Of a stretch of DNA of 64,000 bases, positions 32,939-48,700 are shown one piece after another. Numbering within the stretch: the stretch's first letter is position 1; every line of letters begins with the position of its first letter. The notes beneath the pieces were generated by a model. The model saw nothing but the letters and a program-made list of their open reading frames with translations, was not told the DNA's origin and made no database searches. The DNA lies in assembly GCF_009914755.1 (NCBI RefSeq), contig NC_060940.1, one strand, 5' to 3'. Origin of the DNA: the human T2T-CHM13v2.0 reference genome, Homo sapiens. The translations under genes and the position numbers were made by a program.

Positions 32939-33399
32939 GTCAGGGACATATAATTCCTACATGACTGTGTATAAAATCTTGTGTGGGATTCTGCCAATAC
33001 CAATTTCCTGGGTTTTATTGTGTACTATAGTTATGTAAGATGCCACCTTTGGGAGAAGCTGAATGATAGGTACATGAGACCTGTCTGTACTATTTTAGAA
33101 ACTTCTTGTGATTCTATAAATAATTCAAAATAAAATGTCTTTCAAAATCTTGTGAGGCAACCAGATATGTAAAATAGAAAAAAAAAATCTTCCTTATATA
33201 TCTGTTTCTTTTTCAAAAAGGAGAGTCAGATCTTTCCTTTATTTATTAAAGTGGAATTTTATCCGCAAGGTTATGTAAACACCGATATGACTACTTAAGC
33301 AACTCTGGGCTCATACCTCCTTCCCCAGCATAGTATGTCTTGCTTTATGGGTGGCTGTCATCACCTGTGTCTGCTTCTACAACTCAATAGGGGAGTTAG

Positions 33400-33723
<324 letters not shown>

Positions 33724-34111
33724 TGTTTTAAATCTTGAGAGTGGAGGAAACCAGGGGCGGAGTTTCTTTTGGTTGTCTGACCTCAGGATGAAGCATCCGG
33801 TGTACAGTTAAACATTTTGTGCTTCAAAGGTTAACTTCTTGCTAGTAGTTCTCCTATTCTTCATTATTCTAAACAGAATGTCTCTCTTGCTTCTAGTCTT
33901 GAGTTGATTTTTAGATTTTCTTTCTAATATCTTAGGTTTAAGTTAGTAGTGAGCTCTGGTTTAGGAGTAATAATAAAAGTAGAGTGAAAAAACAAAACAG
34001 CACTGAGCACAGAACCCTCATCTTGGGGAAAGAATTCACCCCAATATAAGAGAATTAAATCTTTGTCTTCCCAAAGAGAGAAATCAATAAATAATGTCAA
34101 GAAAGTAATAA

Positions 34112-34901
34112 TTCCCTCTCCTTTCTCTTCTTCTCCCTTTCCAGTCTCCTCCCTTTCCCCTCGCCTTTCTCCTCCCCTCCCTCGCTCCTCCTTTTCTCGT
34201 CTTCTCTTCCCTTCCCCTGTTTTTCCCCTCCTCTTTTCCTCCTCTTCCCTTCCCTCCTCTCCTCTTCCTGTCCCTCTGCTCCCCTCTCCTCCCCATCCCT
34301 CCCTTCCACCCCCTTCCCCTCCTCATCCCTCCCTTCTTTTCCCCTCTCCTCCCTTCCCCTCCCCTCCCTTCCTGTCCCCCTCCCCTTCCCTTCCCCTTCC
34401 CTTTCTTCCTGTTCCCTTCCCTCCCCTCCTCTTCCCACTCCCTCCCCTCCCTTTCCCTCCACTTCTGTTCCCTTCTTTTCCCTCCCCTCCCTTCCCTTTC
34501 TTCCCCTTCCCTTGCCTTCCATTCCCCTTTCCTTTCTTCTTCTTTCCTTCCCTCCCCTCTGCCCTCCTCTTCCATCTCTTTCCCCTCCCCTTTCATCTCC
34601 TTCCCCTCCACTTCCATCCCCTTCCCTTCCTTCCCTCCCTTCCTCTCCTCTCCTCTTTCTCTCCTCTCCCCTCCCCTCCTCTTCCCTTCCCTTCTCTTTC
34701 TCTCCCTTCCCTTCTCTTTCCTTCCCTTCCTTTCCCTTTCCTTCATTCCCTTCCCCTCCTCTTCCCTCCCCTTCTTTTCCTCTCCCTTCCCTTCCCCGCC
34801 CTTCCCTCCACTCCCCTACCTTCACCCCCTCCTCTTCCCTCCCCTCTCCTTCCCTTCCTTTCTCTCCTTTTCTCTCCTCTTCTCTTCTCTCCTCTCCTCT
34901 C
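34112..34901 (+). repeat. ~790-bp C/T-rich low-complexity polypyrimidine tract
   Basis: Almost entirely CCCTT/CCTCT/CTTCC units; abuts an L2 3' end (CATTCATTCAACAAATAT). Confidence 0.95.
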
Positions 34902-37493
34902 ATTCATTCAACAAATATTCATCGAGTGCAGTGCATACAATCATCAAACCATGTGATATATGCTGAGGATAATGAAACCAATGAGACACTTTTCCTTCTT
35001 TCTAAAAGTGGAGAGTTTTGTATGGGAGACAGAAACCATCTCTTACAAGGAAAAGAGGCAAAAGATAACTGGAAAAAAAAACAAGAATCTCTGGAGCATT
35101 TTGTTTTTAAAAGAATAATGTGCCAACATCCCAAGTGTTCTGGGTATCAATTTACACTGAAATCAATTTCCTAAACTCAAATTCATCTTTATCTGTAGGG
35201 TTGGACACTGAGAATTTCTGTTATTAAGATATAAGATTAGAAAAGAAAGATTGAATTTTGCTCATCAGACAACAGATATAAAGTGGATGCATATCTTGTT
35301 TTTGCATTTTCATGTTCAGTGGGTTGATTCTTAAAATATGTTTTTAAATATCAAAGCAATTGCATGCACATAGTTAAAAGCATAAATCAGCTTTATAAAG
35401 GAAAGCAGGAGTCTCCTTTGCCAATGTCCCCGCATCTCTTCTTTTGGGCACATTCCCAAAGGCAAGGGATTTTAATGGTTAGCTGTTTCTTCCAGAAAGT
35501 TAGCTTTATGCTGTATTTCTAAATATGCATGCATTATTATTTCTTTATTACCCTTTCCTAGATATTATTTATTGATTTCCCTCTTTGGAAAGATAGGAAT
35601 TTAGTTTTCTTATATGGGAATAAATGCTTTCCCCAGTCTAGGACTAAGATGAAGGCTCTGTGTCTCTAAGAGCCTGGAGTGCTTCTCTGGAATGACTGCA
35701 GGCTGTTTGTTCCCACCATGAGGATTGTCCAGGCTAGAGGGAGCTAGCTTTGATGAGGGCAATGTTGGTTCAAGCATGCAAGCAGCATTCCCACAGGTAC
35801 TGGCTGTTGTTGTGTTTCCCATTTGGAATTGCTCAGGGATGCTCAGGCCCCCCAGAATATAGGCTGGCATTGTAAACGAAGAAGAAAAAAACACACAACT
35901 TTTAAGATGGAAAACTCTTGCTGGAAGTCCAAGGATAGCTCTGGGGACCCTGCTGGAGGAGAAATTGAGTAGGTAGTGGTGGGTGGAACAGAGAGAAAAA
36001 AGGACATCTGCAGAGGCCCTTGCACATCAAGGAGGGAAGGATGAAAAACAGTTACTCTTAGGAATAAGACCTTCATATATGATGACAACAAGCGGTGGGG
36101 AAGGCAGGGATTATTTAGTACCCACTGCTGGGACAAATTTGGCAAAAATTCATGTTGATTCTTGCATCAGATTCAACACTGAAAAAAGAAAACCTATGCC
36201 TTCTAGATAAAGCCAACGGCTTAAAATTGTAAATAAAAATAATCACCAGGACAAAATAAAATTGAAGATTTATCAAGTTGCTGAAAAAGAGGACTTTGGG
36301 TGGATAAAATCACAAAATAAAAGATGGATGTAGTTGATTGTATTTTTAAAAATGTCTTTAACTTTAAAAATGTTTAAAAAGAAGCCAAGTGGGACCATAT
36401 TCTAAGATGACAAACCAAGACTTGCTAATTTTAACATCAAGAGGCTATAGAATTATTACAAAAATCACTAAGATCCTGAAAGCTAAATTAGATAGGAAAA
36501 TAAAAATCACAAGGAGGAATCAAAATGGCTTTAAAAACATATGGGAACATATTCAACCTTAATAGTAATCAAAGAAATGCAAATTAAAATGGCAATACTA
36601 TTTTCAGCTGGCAAATGTATAACATTTCCAAAAAATGAGACTACCCAAACTGATGGGGGTGTGGTGAAATTGATACTGTCATGCACTGCTGGAGGTAGTG
36701 TGAGTTTGTACAGCCCTTTTGGAAAGCAACTTGGCAATGTATATCAACAGCCTTAAAAAGATCCGTGCTTCTTAATTCAACAATTCTACCTCCAAGACAG
36801 CAATCGTAAATGCAGCCAAAGTGTTCTGTATTAAAAACTCTGTGGTGGTGTTATTTATAATGGTGAAAAGGAGGATGTAATCTAAATGTTTAACATGAGG
36901 AGGAAAGGTTAGGTAAATGATACAGTCCAGTTGCTGGATTATTATAAGCAACTAGTAGTGGGTCAGACCAACCTGAATCTATTCTCTGCTCCATCTTCTC
37001 TGTGTCCCAGGGAATAGTGCTTACATTTCTGTAAAATTGAACTAATAGGATCCTGCAGGGTGGTTGTGAGAATTTGGCCAGGTATTTGTACATTGCCTGA
37101 GAGGGGGTTCTTTTCTTGTTTCTCAGGTTTTTTTTTTTTTTTTGGCTCAGCACCTGGCACTATTCTATTGGAATAGACATTTCTGTGACGAATAGGATAC
37201 TTATGGCCAAAGGATTCCTCCAGGAAAACATTAACAGGAGAAAGGGGCTCAAAGGGCTTAAGGCCAGGAGAGATGCAGCTGGATGCAACTGCTACACAAA
37301 TTCATGGGGGCACTTCTAGGACCTCATCCCTTACTACCCCACCCATCAGCTCCTCTCCTGAAACTCTCAATTCTATTGTGATCAAATCAATGTTTTTGTG
37401 ATAGACACTGGGGGTAAAAATGGGGGCCAGGGAGATGTTTGGCATGCTGAGATGAATAAACCATGCCTTATGTTGAATAAAAAATTTTCTCTA

Positions 37494-37785
<292 letters not shown>

Positions 37786-40700
37786 TGTCCCTTTGAGAAA
37801 TTCATGTTGTACAAGACTTAGCAGCACATAATGTTCCCCATGTAGAGGAAATGGGGAACATTACACTTCTCCGTAGTGTTAATGGTCTTGTTCTCATCCT
37901 CAATGTGAGCGTATTTTCCTTTTTTAGTGTAGTGGGCACAATTTCTTGTGATTTTTCTTTCCTAATGAGCTGAAATGTCTTCATATTAATCCTGGAGATC
38001 CTTTCATTTTAAAAAATCAACATGCATCCAGAATAAAAAGCAATTCTTGGGGAAAACCACAACTAGCTTTGTGACATATTTAGCAAGTATTTGCTGAGTA
38101 CATATTATGTGTCCAATTGGACACATGATATCAGTTATACCCACTTACCTATTACCAGTTATATGTACAGCTTTATCATGTGTGGCAAACAGATGTAGCA
38201 GTTAATTCAGGGTCTCAGTCCTCAACAAGCTGTGATCAAATGGTGGAGACATCCAGGTAAAAAAAAATAATGATAACATGTAGTCAAGGGAGCTTGCCTG
38301 TGCTGCATATGAAGTAACATGTGCAGAAGACAGAAGGGAGGTTCTGTTCAGGAAGAGAAGTCAAGGAAGGGTTTCAGGAGGTGGTAAACTTTATCTGATC
38401 TTTGAGAGAGAATAAGCTTGTCAATGTTTGAAAGCAAAACACTGTAGGGCTTTTGTGGCACCTATGCATCCTTTTAGACTATATAGCATGGTTTTGAAGG
38501 CAGAGAGCCCTGGATTAAACCCCAGTTCGGTCGGTCACCAGCTGTGTACATTGGAAATGCTACTCAACCTCTCTGAGCCTTACTTTCTGCATATGTAAAA
38601 TGGTCAAAGCAATACTTCCCCTATGGGGGACATACAGGAATAAATCCTCCTCCATATTTCCAGGGATATCCAGGCTTCTGGTGATCACAAACAGAAAACA
38701 CTTCCAAGATGGGGCTTTCTATGCTCCCACTGCCATCTATCTTCCCCTCTATGGTCTCTTAACAGTGAGCCAGTGAGCCTCTGCCAAGCAGGCTCTTCTG
38801 CTGTTGATTCAGTGGTAAGCTTGGAAAAGCCACTTCCCTTCCCTGTACCTTGGTTTTCTCATCTAACAAATAAAGGAGGTAAACAAAAATAGCGCCTTTC
38901 AGCTATATCATTCTGAGAGTGTTCTAGGCAGAGGAGACAGTATATGCTAAGGTCCTGGGTGATATACTAGAGGTGGTATGGATAAAGAGAAAGAATTCAG
39001 GAGGCAGTGGCTACAGTAAGGCTGTAGAGGTAGGTGGGAATCTGTGCCTCAGAGAGGTGATATAACTTGCCCAAGGCCATCTATCTTATAAATAGGGGAT
39101 CTGGGATTTGATTCAAGGTCTGGAGCAGAATCCATGCTCTTGCAATCACCACAGATTTGGTGAAACTTGGCCTCTTTAAAGTTCCCCACTAGCGAGGCTG
39201 ACATTTGCCAAAAGTGAGTTTTTGTTCAAGGGCATTAGAATGAGACCCAGAGAGCCTGACCCAATTATAATTACTCTACCTGCCACAGAACATTTAAAAC
39301 CAACCACATTGGGAGGAAATGTTTGCTGGGCTCTGATAAGGGCTTACATGGAGCAATGCCCTGCCTTGCTCACCGGACTCCAACAGAATCCAACTGTTTA
39401 CTTGGTGGAAACTGCAGTTTGTCTTTATTTACATTTCCCCTGATGGTGAGGGTCAGCAGGCTGCAACCTGGCTGAGACAAGGAGTAGGACTTTGGAGCAT
39501 TGGGCTGATACATTGTGCAAAGCCTGTAGAATTCTACAGACCCAACAAGAGCAGGAGTTGGGGGCGAGGGGCAGTTAAGGACACCATTGCAACTCTCCTG
39601 GGCACCTCCACTGGAATTTTGAAAGGAGATCTTTTGTACAAGGCAAAGCAGACTTGGAAACAGAATTTACCCTCCTAATGACTTGCTCTTAGGAGAGTGA
39701 GGAAGGAAAAGAGAAAATGAGGGCGATAGAATGAGCTTTGCAAGAATGTATTTACAATTAAATTGCATTTTAAAGGAAATGTGGAAATCCTTGCTCTGCA
39801 GAGAAGTGAAGTGGAGAGAAGCCAACAAATTGTAGTCAAAAGTGTACCAGCTTTAGAGACAAGAAGACTTCGGTTGCAATGCTGGATCTACAATTATTGG
39901 TTGTATGACCTTGCCCAATTAACCTAGCTGAAGATCAATATCTGAAAATAAGGATAATTATACACTTACATAAGGAAATGATTGTGCAGGTTGTAACACA
40001 GCTGTCACTAAATATGATTTTTCTGTCTTATTAATCAAGATATATGTACAATAAACAGGAAATGGGGAGGGGTAGAGCACCTTGGAGTCATAAAAGTAGA
40101 CTCTGATTAGAAGTATAGTGGTTAGCATCTGGGAATCATTTGATAAGTCTCCCTTTAAGAAGAGATAAATTTTGAGCCATGGAAGGTAGCATCTCCTAGA
40201 GAGGGAGTTAGCTCTATAGCCTGACTTGGGAAGTAGATCAAGTGGTACCATTTCCTTGGGTTCTGAGAGTTTAGGAAAGTGTGCATACTGACCACTGACC
40301 TCAGACCCTGAGAAGGGATATGGGGAAGACTTTGGGGTTCAGTGGGTAGCAGGGATATATCCCAAGTCTGACACCCAAATCAAATGCTATAATGTGGAGC
40401 TCACATTTGGGCAACTTTGACCAAGCTCAATGCAGAAGCAATGGAATCCAAGAACCACACTGGTGATCCGGGAACTGTAACATCAGTGTAGAGAGAAGGA
40501 ACAAACATTACCTGTTGGACTCTGTAGAACAGTTCCCTGGTTTGTAGAATCACCTGGAAAGCTTTGGAAACAAATAAGTGTCCTGAGCTCCATCCCCAAG
40601 CCCATTAAATCAACGTCATCATGTGTAGCCAGGCTTGAGAACCACAGATGTAGACCAATTTAAAAAAGCACTCAGGTTGTTTTCAGCTTAAGGTTATTAT

Positions 40701-40858
40701 GACCAGTGCTGTTATGAATATCCATCCATGTGTAAGTCAGCGTGTACGGTGGTAAAGGAGTTGACAAAACATTCTATATCCCTACCATGGGATATTCTTC
40801 CACCATAAAAAGAAACTATTGACACACACGACATCATGAATGAACCTCAAATATATTA

Positions 40859-41368
<510 letters not shown>

Positions 41369-41645
41369 TTATGACGGTGGTTGCATCACTTGGTAATGTT
41401 ACCAAAAATTATGGAAGCATACAATTGAAATGGGCACTTTTCATAATATGTAAAATACAGCTCAATAAATTTTTTTATAAAAGCAATAAAGTAGGAAGAA
41501 ACAATAGTGATCGCCGACAGTTTCAAAGCAGTTGCTGTTCTTTTTTGAGTGTGGAAGTTGTACAATGACCCTACAATGACCTTTCCACCCCTCTGCCACA
41601 GGTAGACTCCATAAAACCTCATTTCTTTTTTTCTGTTTAAAAACA

Positions 41646-41776
41646 ATTTTTTTTTAATAGAGATGGAGTCTCGCTATGTTACCCAGGCTGGTCTTGAACT
41701 CCTGGACTCAAGCCATCCTCCCACCTCGACCTCAGAAAGTGTTGGTATTACAAGCGTGAGCCACTGTACCCAGCCT
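41646..41776 (-). mobile_element. Free Alu monomer (FLAM_C-like)
   Basis: Single monomer; TSD AACCTCA(T/G)TTCTTTT. Confidence 0.8.
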
Positions 41777-42555
41777 AGAACCTCAGTTCTTTTGAGTAAA
41801 ATTGATGAAGAGACCTAACAGAGGGTTATCAGAGTTTGGGCCAATCTTGTAGGTGAAGGACTAAAAAGATGACTTGGAAAAATAAAATAAATATCATCAC
41901 ATTTATACACTAAATTTATAGAACAGCTGATACCAGTTATGTGAGGATTGAGTGAAATATATGCATACTGGTAGAATGCCTTGGCAGTTGGAAGATGTAC
42001 AACAGTTATTAATCCCCTTTTCCTCCATCTCGGGAAAAACCTGTTATCTTTCTCTCTTCTTCTTTACAATCTACCCCATCCCATTGTTTACCATCAGAAC
42101 TATACCTATATTGAACAGATTTTTTTTATTCTCTGCAACGCTTAGACTTTACTGATTGACTCACTGATATTTTTTCTCTCTCTCTGTTTTTATTTGTGAT
42201 GTTAAACTCTCAGAACAACTGGGGTTATTGCTTTCTCTCTCATTTCCTGAACTTGCAAAGCCACAGAATTGGAGCAGTGGCAGTGATGTATCCAAGCCTC
42301 CAGTTGATTCATCAGAATTGGTACATTTCACCCCATTCCACTGGCTTCACCTGCCATTAGCTGTGAACCTCCACATGGGACAAAGTTTATTGAAGTATTA
42401 TTAATATTAAGGACCCAGTTTTCAACTGTGCATTCCCCTCACACCAATGCAAAAAAAAGAGATTCTACACTCCTGGTAAGACATCTCAACGACATGTCCT
42501 AATAGACACATTTCAAAATCTCAGATCTGTGACTGTGGACAAGTTGCTTAACCCC

Positions 42556-42915
42556 TGATATGGTTTGGCTGTATTCCCACCCAAATCTCATCTTGAGTTT
42601 CCATGTGTTGTGGGAGGGACCTGGTGGGAGGTAATTGAATCATGGGGGCTGGTCTTTCCTGTGCTGTTCTCCTGATAGCGAATAAGTCTCATGAGATCTG
42701 ATGGTTTTAGAAGAGGGAATATCCCAGCACAAGCTCTCTCTCTGCCTGCTGCCATCCATGTAAGATTTGACTTGCTCCTCCTTGCCTTCTGCCATGATTT
42801 TGAGGCCTCCCCAGTCACATGGAACTGTAAGTCCATTAAACCTCTCTTTCTTTTGAAAATTGCCCAGTATTGGGTATGTCTTTATCAGTCAGCAGCTTGA
42901 GAACGGACTAATACA
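42556..42915 (+). mobile_element. THE1B-like MaLR solo LTR inserted in a MIR
   Basis: TGATATGGTTTGGCTGT ... GAACGGACTAATACA. Confidence 0.88.
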
Positions 42916-45149
42916 ACTCGCTAGAATCACTCTTTGTCTGTTAAATGGGAATGCCTATTGCACAGGAAAATTATGAAAATTCAACAAGAGTAGTTTTACA
43001 AAGAGGCCACAGGAGCAGACATAGGGCAGGGTTTCAGTGAATGTTCATTTTCTCTCCTAAACCTCAGAAACTTAAGAATCTCTAAGATTTTCATGAATTA
43101 TCAAAGTCCATGGTTACCCATGTATCTGGAATCGGAAATCACTTTCCAATAGGACAGTCTCCCAGGGCCATCAGAGAGTTGGTAGGAACTGAAAATACCA
43201 CTGTTGAAAGAGAATCTGGGCTCTTCCAAAGTAGTTGTTTTTAGAAAAGAATCATTCACTGTGTGACCTTGAAAAAAATCACTTAACATCTTCAGTTTTC
43301 TCACTTAGTCAAAAGTAAGATATTTGTCTAGACAAGTATCCATAACACATGCCATTGGCTTGCTTACCTCTTACTTGAAGGCTCGTAAGATGAAAGCATA
43401 AAAATATGTGTTTCTGTCCATCATTTACTGCACCACTCCAGATAAAAGGGGAAGATGGATAGGCCATCATCTTGAGTTGTCTTTATTAATCAATGTTTTT
43501 AATTTGGTGTTCTGACTCTCAGTCTCCTTACATGAATCCTTTTTGATGCTCTGGGTAAATTTCCAGTTGCTATATACAAGATTGTTCTGCTTTAGCATCA
43601 GCTTTTATGGTGTGATTCCTTATATATATATACTTAGGAAATGCACTTTATATTGCTAATACAACTCTTGAAAAAAATTTTCTTTCCCTTGCTAATCAGT
43701 TGAAATGCCTTGAAGAGGTCACCCACTCCTATAGTTTCGGATGCAAATGCTTATAAATGGTTTAATTTTAAGTTTTAATTAATTATTCCAGCCTCTAGCA
43801 GCTGTGCAGTGAAGTGGTTGTTAATTCCCCATGGTAGAGATAATGTGAGCAGACAGAAGGGATCCAAATTACTGCTGGCTGACCCTGAAAGAAGGAGGGA
43901 AGAGAAAGCTCCTGATTATGTCAAGTGGCCCAAATTCCATGACATGCCAACTCTGGGTGGAATCAGAGTGCTTGAAAAAGTCATTCATGTTGCCTCGAAG
44001 CTGGAAAAGCCACTTAGCAATGATAGCCATCCTTTGGAGGAAATCCAGTGAAATCTAACGTGTTTCGGGCAGGACTCACTAATTCCCTGCAGCAGAAACA
44101 CCTCAGCCAGTGCTGAGAATTCAATCAATTGTCCTTTCGTCAAGCACAAATTCCCAAGATCCATTGGAAGTGTGGCCCAGAGCGCTAATGATTGGGTCCA
44201 CTGTGAGTTGGGGCCATGGTTATTTGATCCAGGAGACCTGTCACTCACTATCAAGTCTAAATTCCTCACTGATGACAAGGTATGAGGTCAAACCTCCTTC
44301 TATTCAGAAGACATTTGAGTGCAGCTCTACCGTCTACCAGCTACGTGAGATTGGGTAATAAAGACCTCACAGGGCTACTGTGAAGATCAAGTGTGGTAAC
44401 TGATGAGTTAGGTGTTCACTCTACATTGTTTCTCTTACATAATGAGGTTATTTATATTAATATTGGTTGTTTTTCTTTTTAGATCTTTTCTATGCATATT
44501 TTAATGTAATTGAGATTGCACTGCATAGACAATTTTGCCTGGATATAGAAATAAAAGTTCAACACTATATTCTATTAGAGCTTCAGACTTTGCTTTATTG
44601 TTTTAGTAATTAAGTCTAAGGTCAATATGGTTCTGATTTCTTTCTATGTAAACATTTTTCTCCTTTCTTATCAATATTTTACAATTTTCTTTTAATTTTT
44701 TGTGATTATAATATATTATCAAATGTATGAGTTCGATGTAGTAATATTTTAAGAATATTTGGATGTATGTTCATGAGTACATTTGGTGTGTAATTTTGAT
44801 TTCAGAATGTCTTTGTTTAGTTTAAATAGTGGCATTATGCTGGCCTCATAAAACATGGGAGGTATATATCCCTCTTCTCTATTTTCTGAAAGAGCTTACC
44901 GTTAGTATGATTTCTTCTGTGAGTGTTTTATAGAACTCACCAATAAAATCACCTTGGCTTTTCATCTTGTTTGTGAAAAAATTTTTAATAGAAAATTTAA
45001 TTTCTTTACTAATATTCCTTTATTATCCTTTTAATGTCTCTAGAATCTCTGAAAATAACCTCTCTTTCCTTCCTGATTCTGTTACTTTGTATTCTCCCTC
45101 TTTTTTCTTGATTAGTTCTAACTAGGTCTTCATCAATTCTGTTGAAATT

Positions 45150-48100
45150 TTTATTTTTTATTTTTAAAAAAAATTAATTTAATTTTTCCATAATTTATTG
45201 GGGTACAGGTGGTATTTGGTTACGTGAGTAAGTTCTTTAGTGGTGATTTGTGAAATTTTGGTGCACCCATCATGCGAGCAGTATACACTGGACCATATTT
45301 GTAGTCTTTTATCCCTCGCCCCCTCTGTCTCTTACCCCTAAGTCCCCAAAGTCCATTATCATCCTTATGCTTTTGCATCCTTATAGCTTAACTCCCACAT
45401 ATCAGTGAGATGTTTGGTTTTCCATTCCTTAGTTACTTCACTTAGTTTAATAGTCTCCAATCTCATCCAGGTCACTGCAAATGCTGTTAATTTATTCCTT
45501 TTTATTGCTGCATAGTATTCCATCATATATATATATAGCACAGTTTCTTTATCCACTCGTTGACTGACAGGTATTTGGGCTGGTTTCATGATTTTGCTGT
45601 TGTGAATTGTGCCACTATAAACATGCATGTACAAGTATCTTTTTCGTATAATGACTTCTTTTCCTCTGGGTAGATAGCCAGTAGTGGGATTGCTGGATCA
45701 AATGGTAATTCTACTTTCAGTTCTTTAAGTAATCTCCACACTGTTTTCCATAGTGCCTATACTAGTTTATATTCCCACCAGCAATGTAGTAGTGTTCCCT
45801 GTTCACCATATCCATGCCAACATCTACTGTTTTTTTATTTTTTGATGATGGTCATTCTTGCAGGAGTAAGGTTGTATCACACTGTGGTTTTGATTTGCAT
45901 TTCCCTGATCATTAGTGATTTTGAACATTTCTTCATATGTTTGTTGGCCATTTGTATATCTTCTTTTGAAAACTGTCTATTCATATCCTTAGACCACTTT
46001 TTGATGGGATTGTTTGATTTTGTCTTACTGATTTGTTTGAGTTAGTTGTAGATTCCGGATATTAGTTCTTTTCAGATGTATAGATTGTGAAGATTTTCTC
46101 ACACTCTGTGGGTTGTGTTTACTCTACTGACTGTTCCTTTTACCATGCAAAAGCTCTTCATTTTAATTAGGTCCCAGCTATTTATCTTTGTTTTTATTGC
46201 ATTTGCTTTTGGGTTCATGATCATAAAATCCTTGCCTAAGCTAATGTCTAGAAGGAGTTTTCCAATGTTATCTTCTAGAATTTTTATAGTTTCAGGTATT
46301 AGGTTTAAGTCCTTAATCCATCTTGTGTTGATTTTTGTGTAAGATGAGAGATGAGGATCCAGTTTCATTCTCCTACATGTGGCTAGCCAATTATCCCAGC
46401 ACCATTTGTTGAAAAGGGTGTCCTTTCCCCACTTTATGATTCTATTTGCTTTGTTGAAGATCAGTTGGCTGTAAGTAATTGAGTTTATTTCTAGGTTCTC
46501 TATTCTGTTCCATTGGTCTATGTGCATATTTCTATACCAGTACCATGCTGTTTTGGTGACTATGGCCTTATGGTGTATTTTGAAATCAGGTAGTGTGATG
46601 CCTCCAAATTAGTTCTTTTTGCTTAGTCTTGCTTTGGCTATGCAGGCTCTTTTTTGGTTCTATATAAATTTTAGAATTGTTTTTTTTTCTAGTTCTGTAA
46701 AGAATGATGGTGGTATTTTGATGAGGATTGCATTGAATTTGTAGGTTGCATTTGGCAGTATGGTCATTTTCATGATTTTGATTCTACCCATTCATGAGCA
46801 TGGGATGTGTTTCTATTTGTTTGTATCATCTATGATTTCTTTCAGCAGTGTTTTGTAGTTTTCCTTGTAGAGGTTTTCGGACTCCTTGTTTAGGTATATT
46901 CCTAAGTTTTTTTTTTCTTTTTTTGCAGCTATTGTAAAAGGGGTTGAGTTCTTGATTTGATTCTCCACTTGGTCGCTGTTGGTTTATAGAAGAGCTACAG
47001 ATTTGTGTACATTAATCTCATATCCAGAAACTTTGCTGAATTAACATATCAGGAGCTTTCTGGAAGAGTCCTTAGGGTTTTCAAGGTAAACGATCATATG
47101 GTCAGCAAACAGTGACGATTTAACGTCCTCTTTACTGATTTGGATGCCCTTTTTTTCTTTCCCTTGTCTTAATATTCTGGCTAAGATGTCTACTACTATG
47201 TTGAAGAGGAGTGGTGAGAGTGGGCCTCCTTGTCTTGTTCCCATTCTCAGAGGGAATGCTTTCATCTTTTCCTCATTCAGTGTTATGTTGGCTGTGGGTT
47301 TGTCATAGATGGCTTTTATTACCTTAAGGTATGTCCTTTGTATGCCGATTTTTCTGAGAGTTTTAGTCATAAAGTGATGCTGGATTTTGTCGAATGCTTT
47401 TTCTGCATCTATTGAGATGATCATGTGATTTTTGTTTTTAGTTCTGTTTACGTGGTGTATCACATTTATTGACTTGCGTATGTTAAACTATCCCTGCATC
47501 CCTAGCATGAAATCCACTTGATCATGGTGGATTATTTTTTTGATATGTTGTTGGATTCAGTTAGCTAGTATTTTGTTAAGGATTTTGGCATCTATATTCA
47601 TCAGGGATATCGGTCTGTAGTTTTCTCCTTTGGTTACGTCCTTTCCTGGTTTTGGTATTAGGGTGACGTTGGCTTCATCAAATGAATTTGGTAGGGTTCC
47701 TTCTTTCTCTGTCTTGTGGAATAGTGTCAAAAGGATTGATACGCATTCGTCTTTGAATGTCTGGCAGGATTCTGCTGTGAATCCATCTGGTCCCGGAGTT
47801 TTTTTGTTGGTAATTTTTAAATTACCATTTCAATCTCACTGTTTGTTATTGGTCTGTTCAGGGTATCTAATTCTTCCTGATTTAAGCTAGGAGGGTTGTA
47901 TTTTTCCAAGAATTTATCCATCTCTTCTAGGTTTTCTAGTATATGCACATAAAGGTGTTCATAGTAGCTGCAAATGATCTTTTCTATTTCAGTGGTGTCA
48001 GTTGTGATATCTCCTGTTTCATTTCTTAGTGAGGTAATTTGGATTTTTTCTCTTCTTTTCTTGGTTAATCTTGCTAATGGTCTATCAATTTTATTCATTT

Positions 48101-48700
48101 TTTCAAAGAACAAGATTTTTGTTTCATTTATCTTTTGTATTTTTTTGGTTTCAATTTCATTTAGTTCTGCTCTGATCCTGGTAATTTCTTCTGCTGGGTT
48201 TGGGTTTGGTTTGTTCTTGTTTTTCTAGTCCCTTGAGGTGTGACCTTAGAATGTCACTTTGTGCACTTTCAGTCTTCCTGATGTAGGCACTTAGGGCTAT
48301 AAACTTTCCTCTTTGCACTGCCTTTGCTGTATCCCAGAGGGTTTGCATTCAGTTCAACAAATTTTTTAAATTTCCATCTGGATTTCGTTTTTGACCCATT
48401 GCTCATTCAGGACCAGGTTAGTTAATTTCCGTGTATTTGCGTGGTTCTGAAGGTTCCTTTTTGAGTTGATTTCCAGTTTTATTCTACTGTGGTCTGAGAG
48501 AGCGCTTGACATAATTTCTATTTTCTTAAATTTATTGAGGCTTGTTTTATGGCTTATCATATGGTCTATATTGGAAAAATTTCCATGTGCTGTTGAATAG
48601 AAAACTTATCCTGTGGTTGATGGAGGAAATGTTCTGTATATATCTGTTATGTCCATTTGTTCCAAGGTATAGTTTAAATCCATTGTCGCTTTGTTGACTT
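45150..48700 (-). mobile_element. 5'-truncated L1PB1-like LINE-1 (~3.5 kb) with disrupted ORF2
   Basis: L1PB 3' UTR (GGGTACAGGTGGTATTTGGTTAC...AAGTCCCCAAAGTCCATT); ORF2 fragments in minus-strand ORFs 46099-48560 (e.g. [35 protein letters not shown]), broken by frameshifts. Confidence 0.9.

Noticed and set aside
34063-35174. Four long Pro/Ser/Leu- or Gly/Arg/Glu-rich ORFs
   Set aside because: Artefacts of a C/T tract that cannot encode stop codons.
46099-48560. Reverse-transcriptase/endonuclease-like ORFs
   Set aside because: Frameshifted pieces of a dead, truncated L1PB1 ORF2, not a novel RT system.
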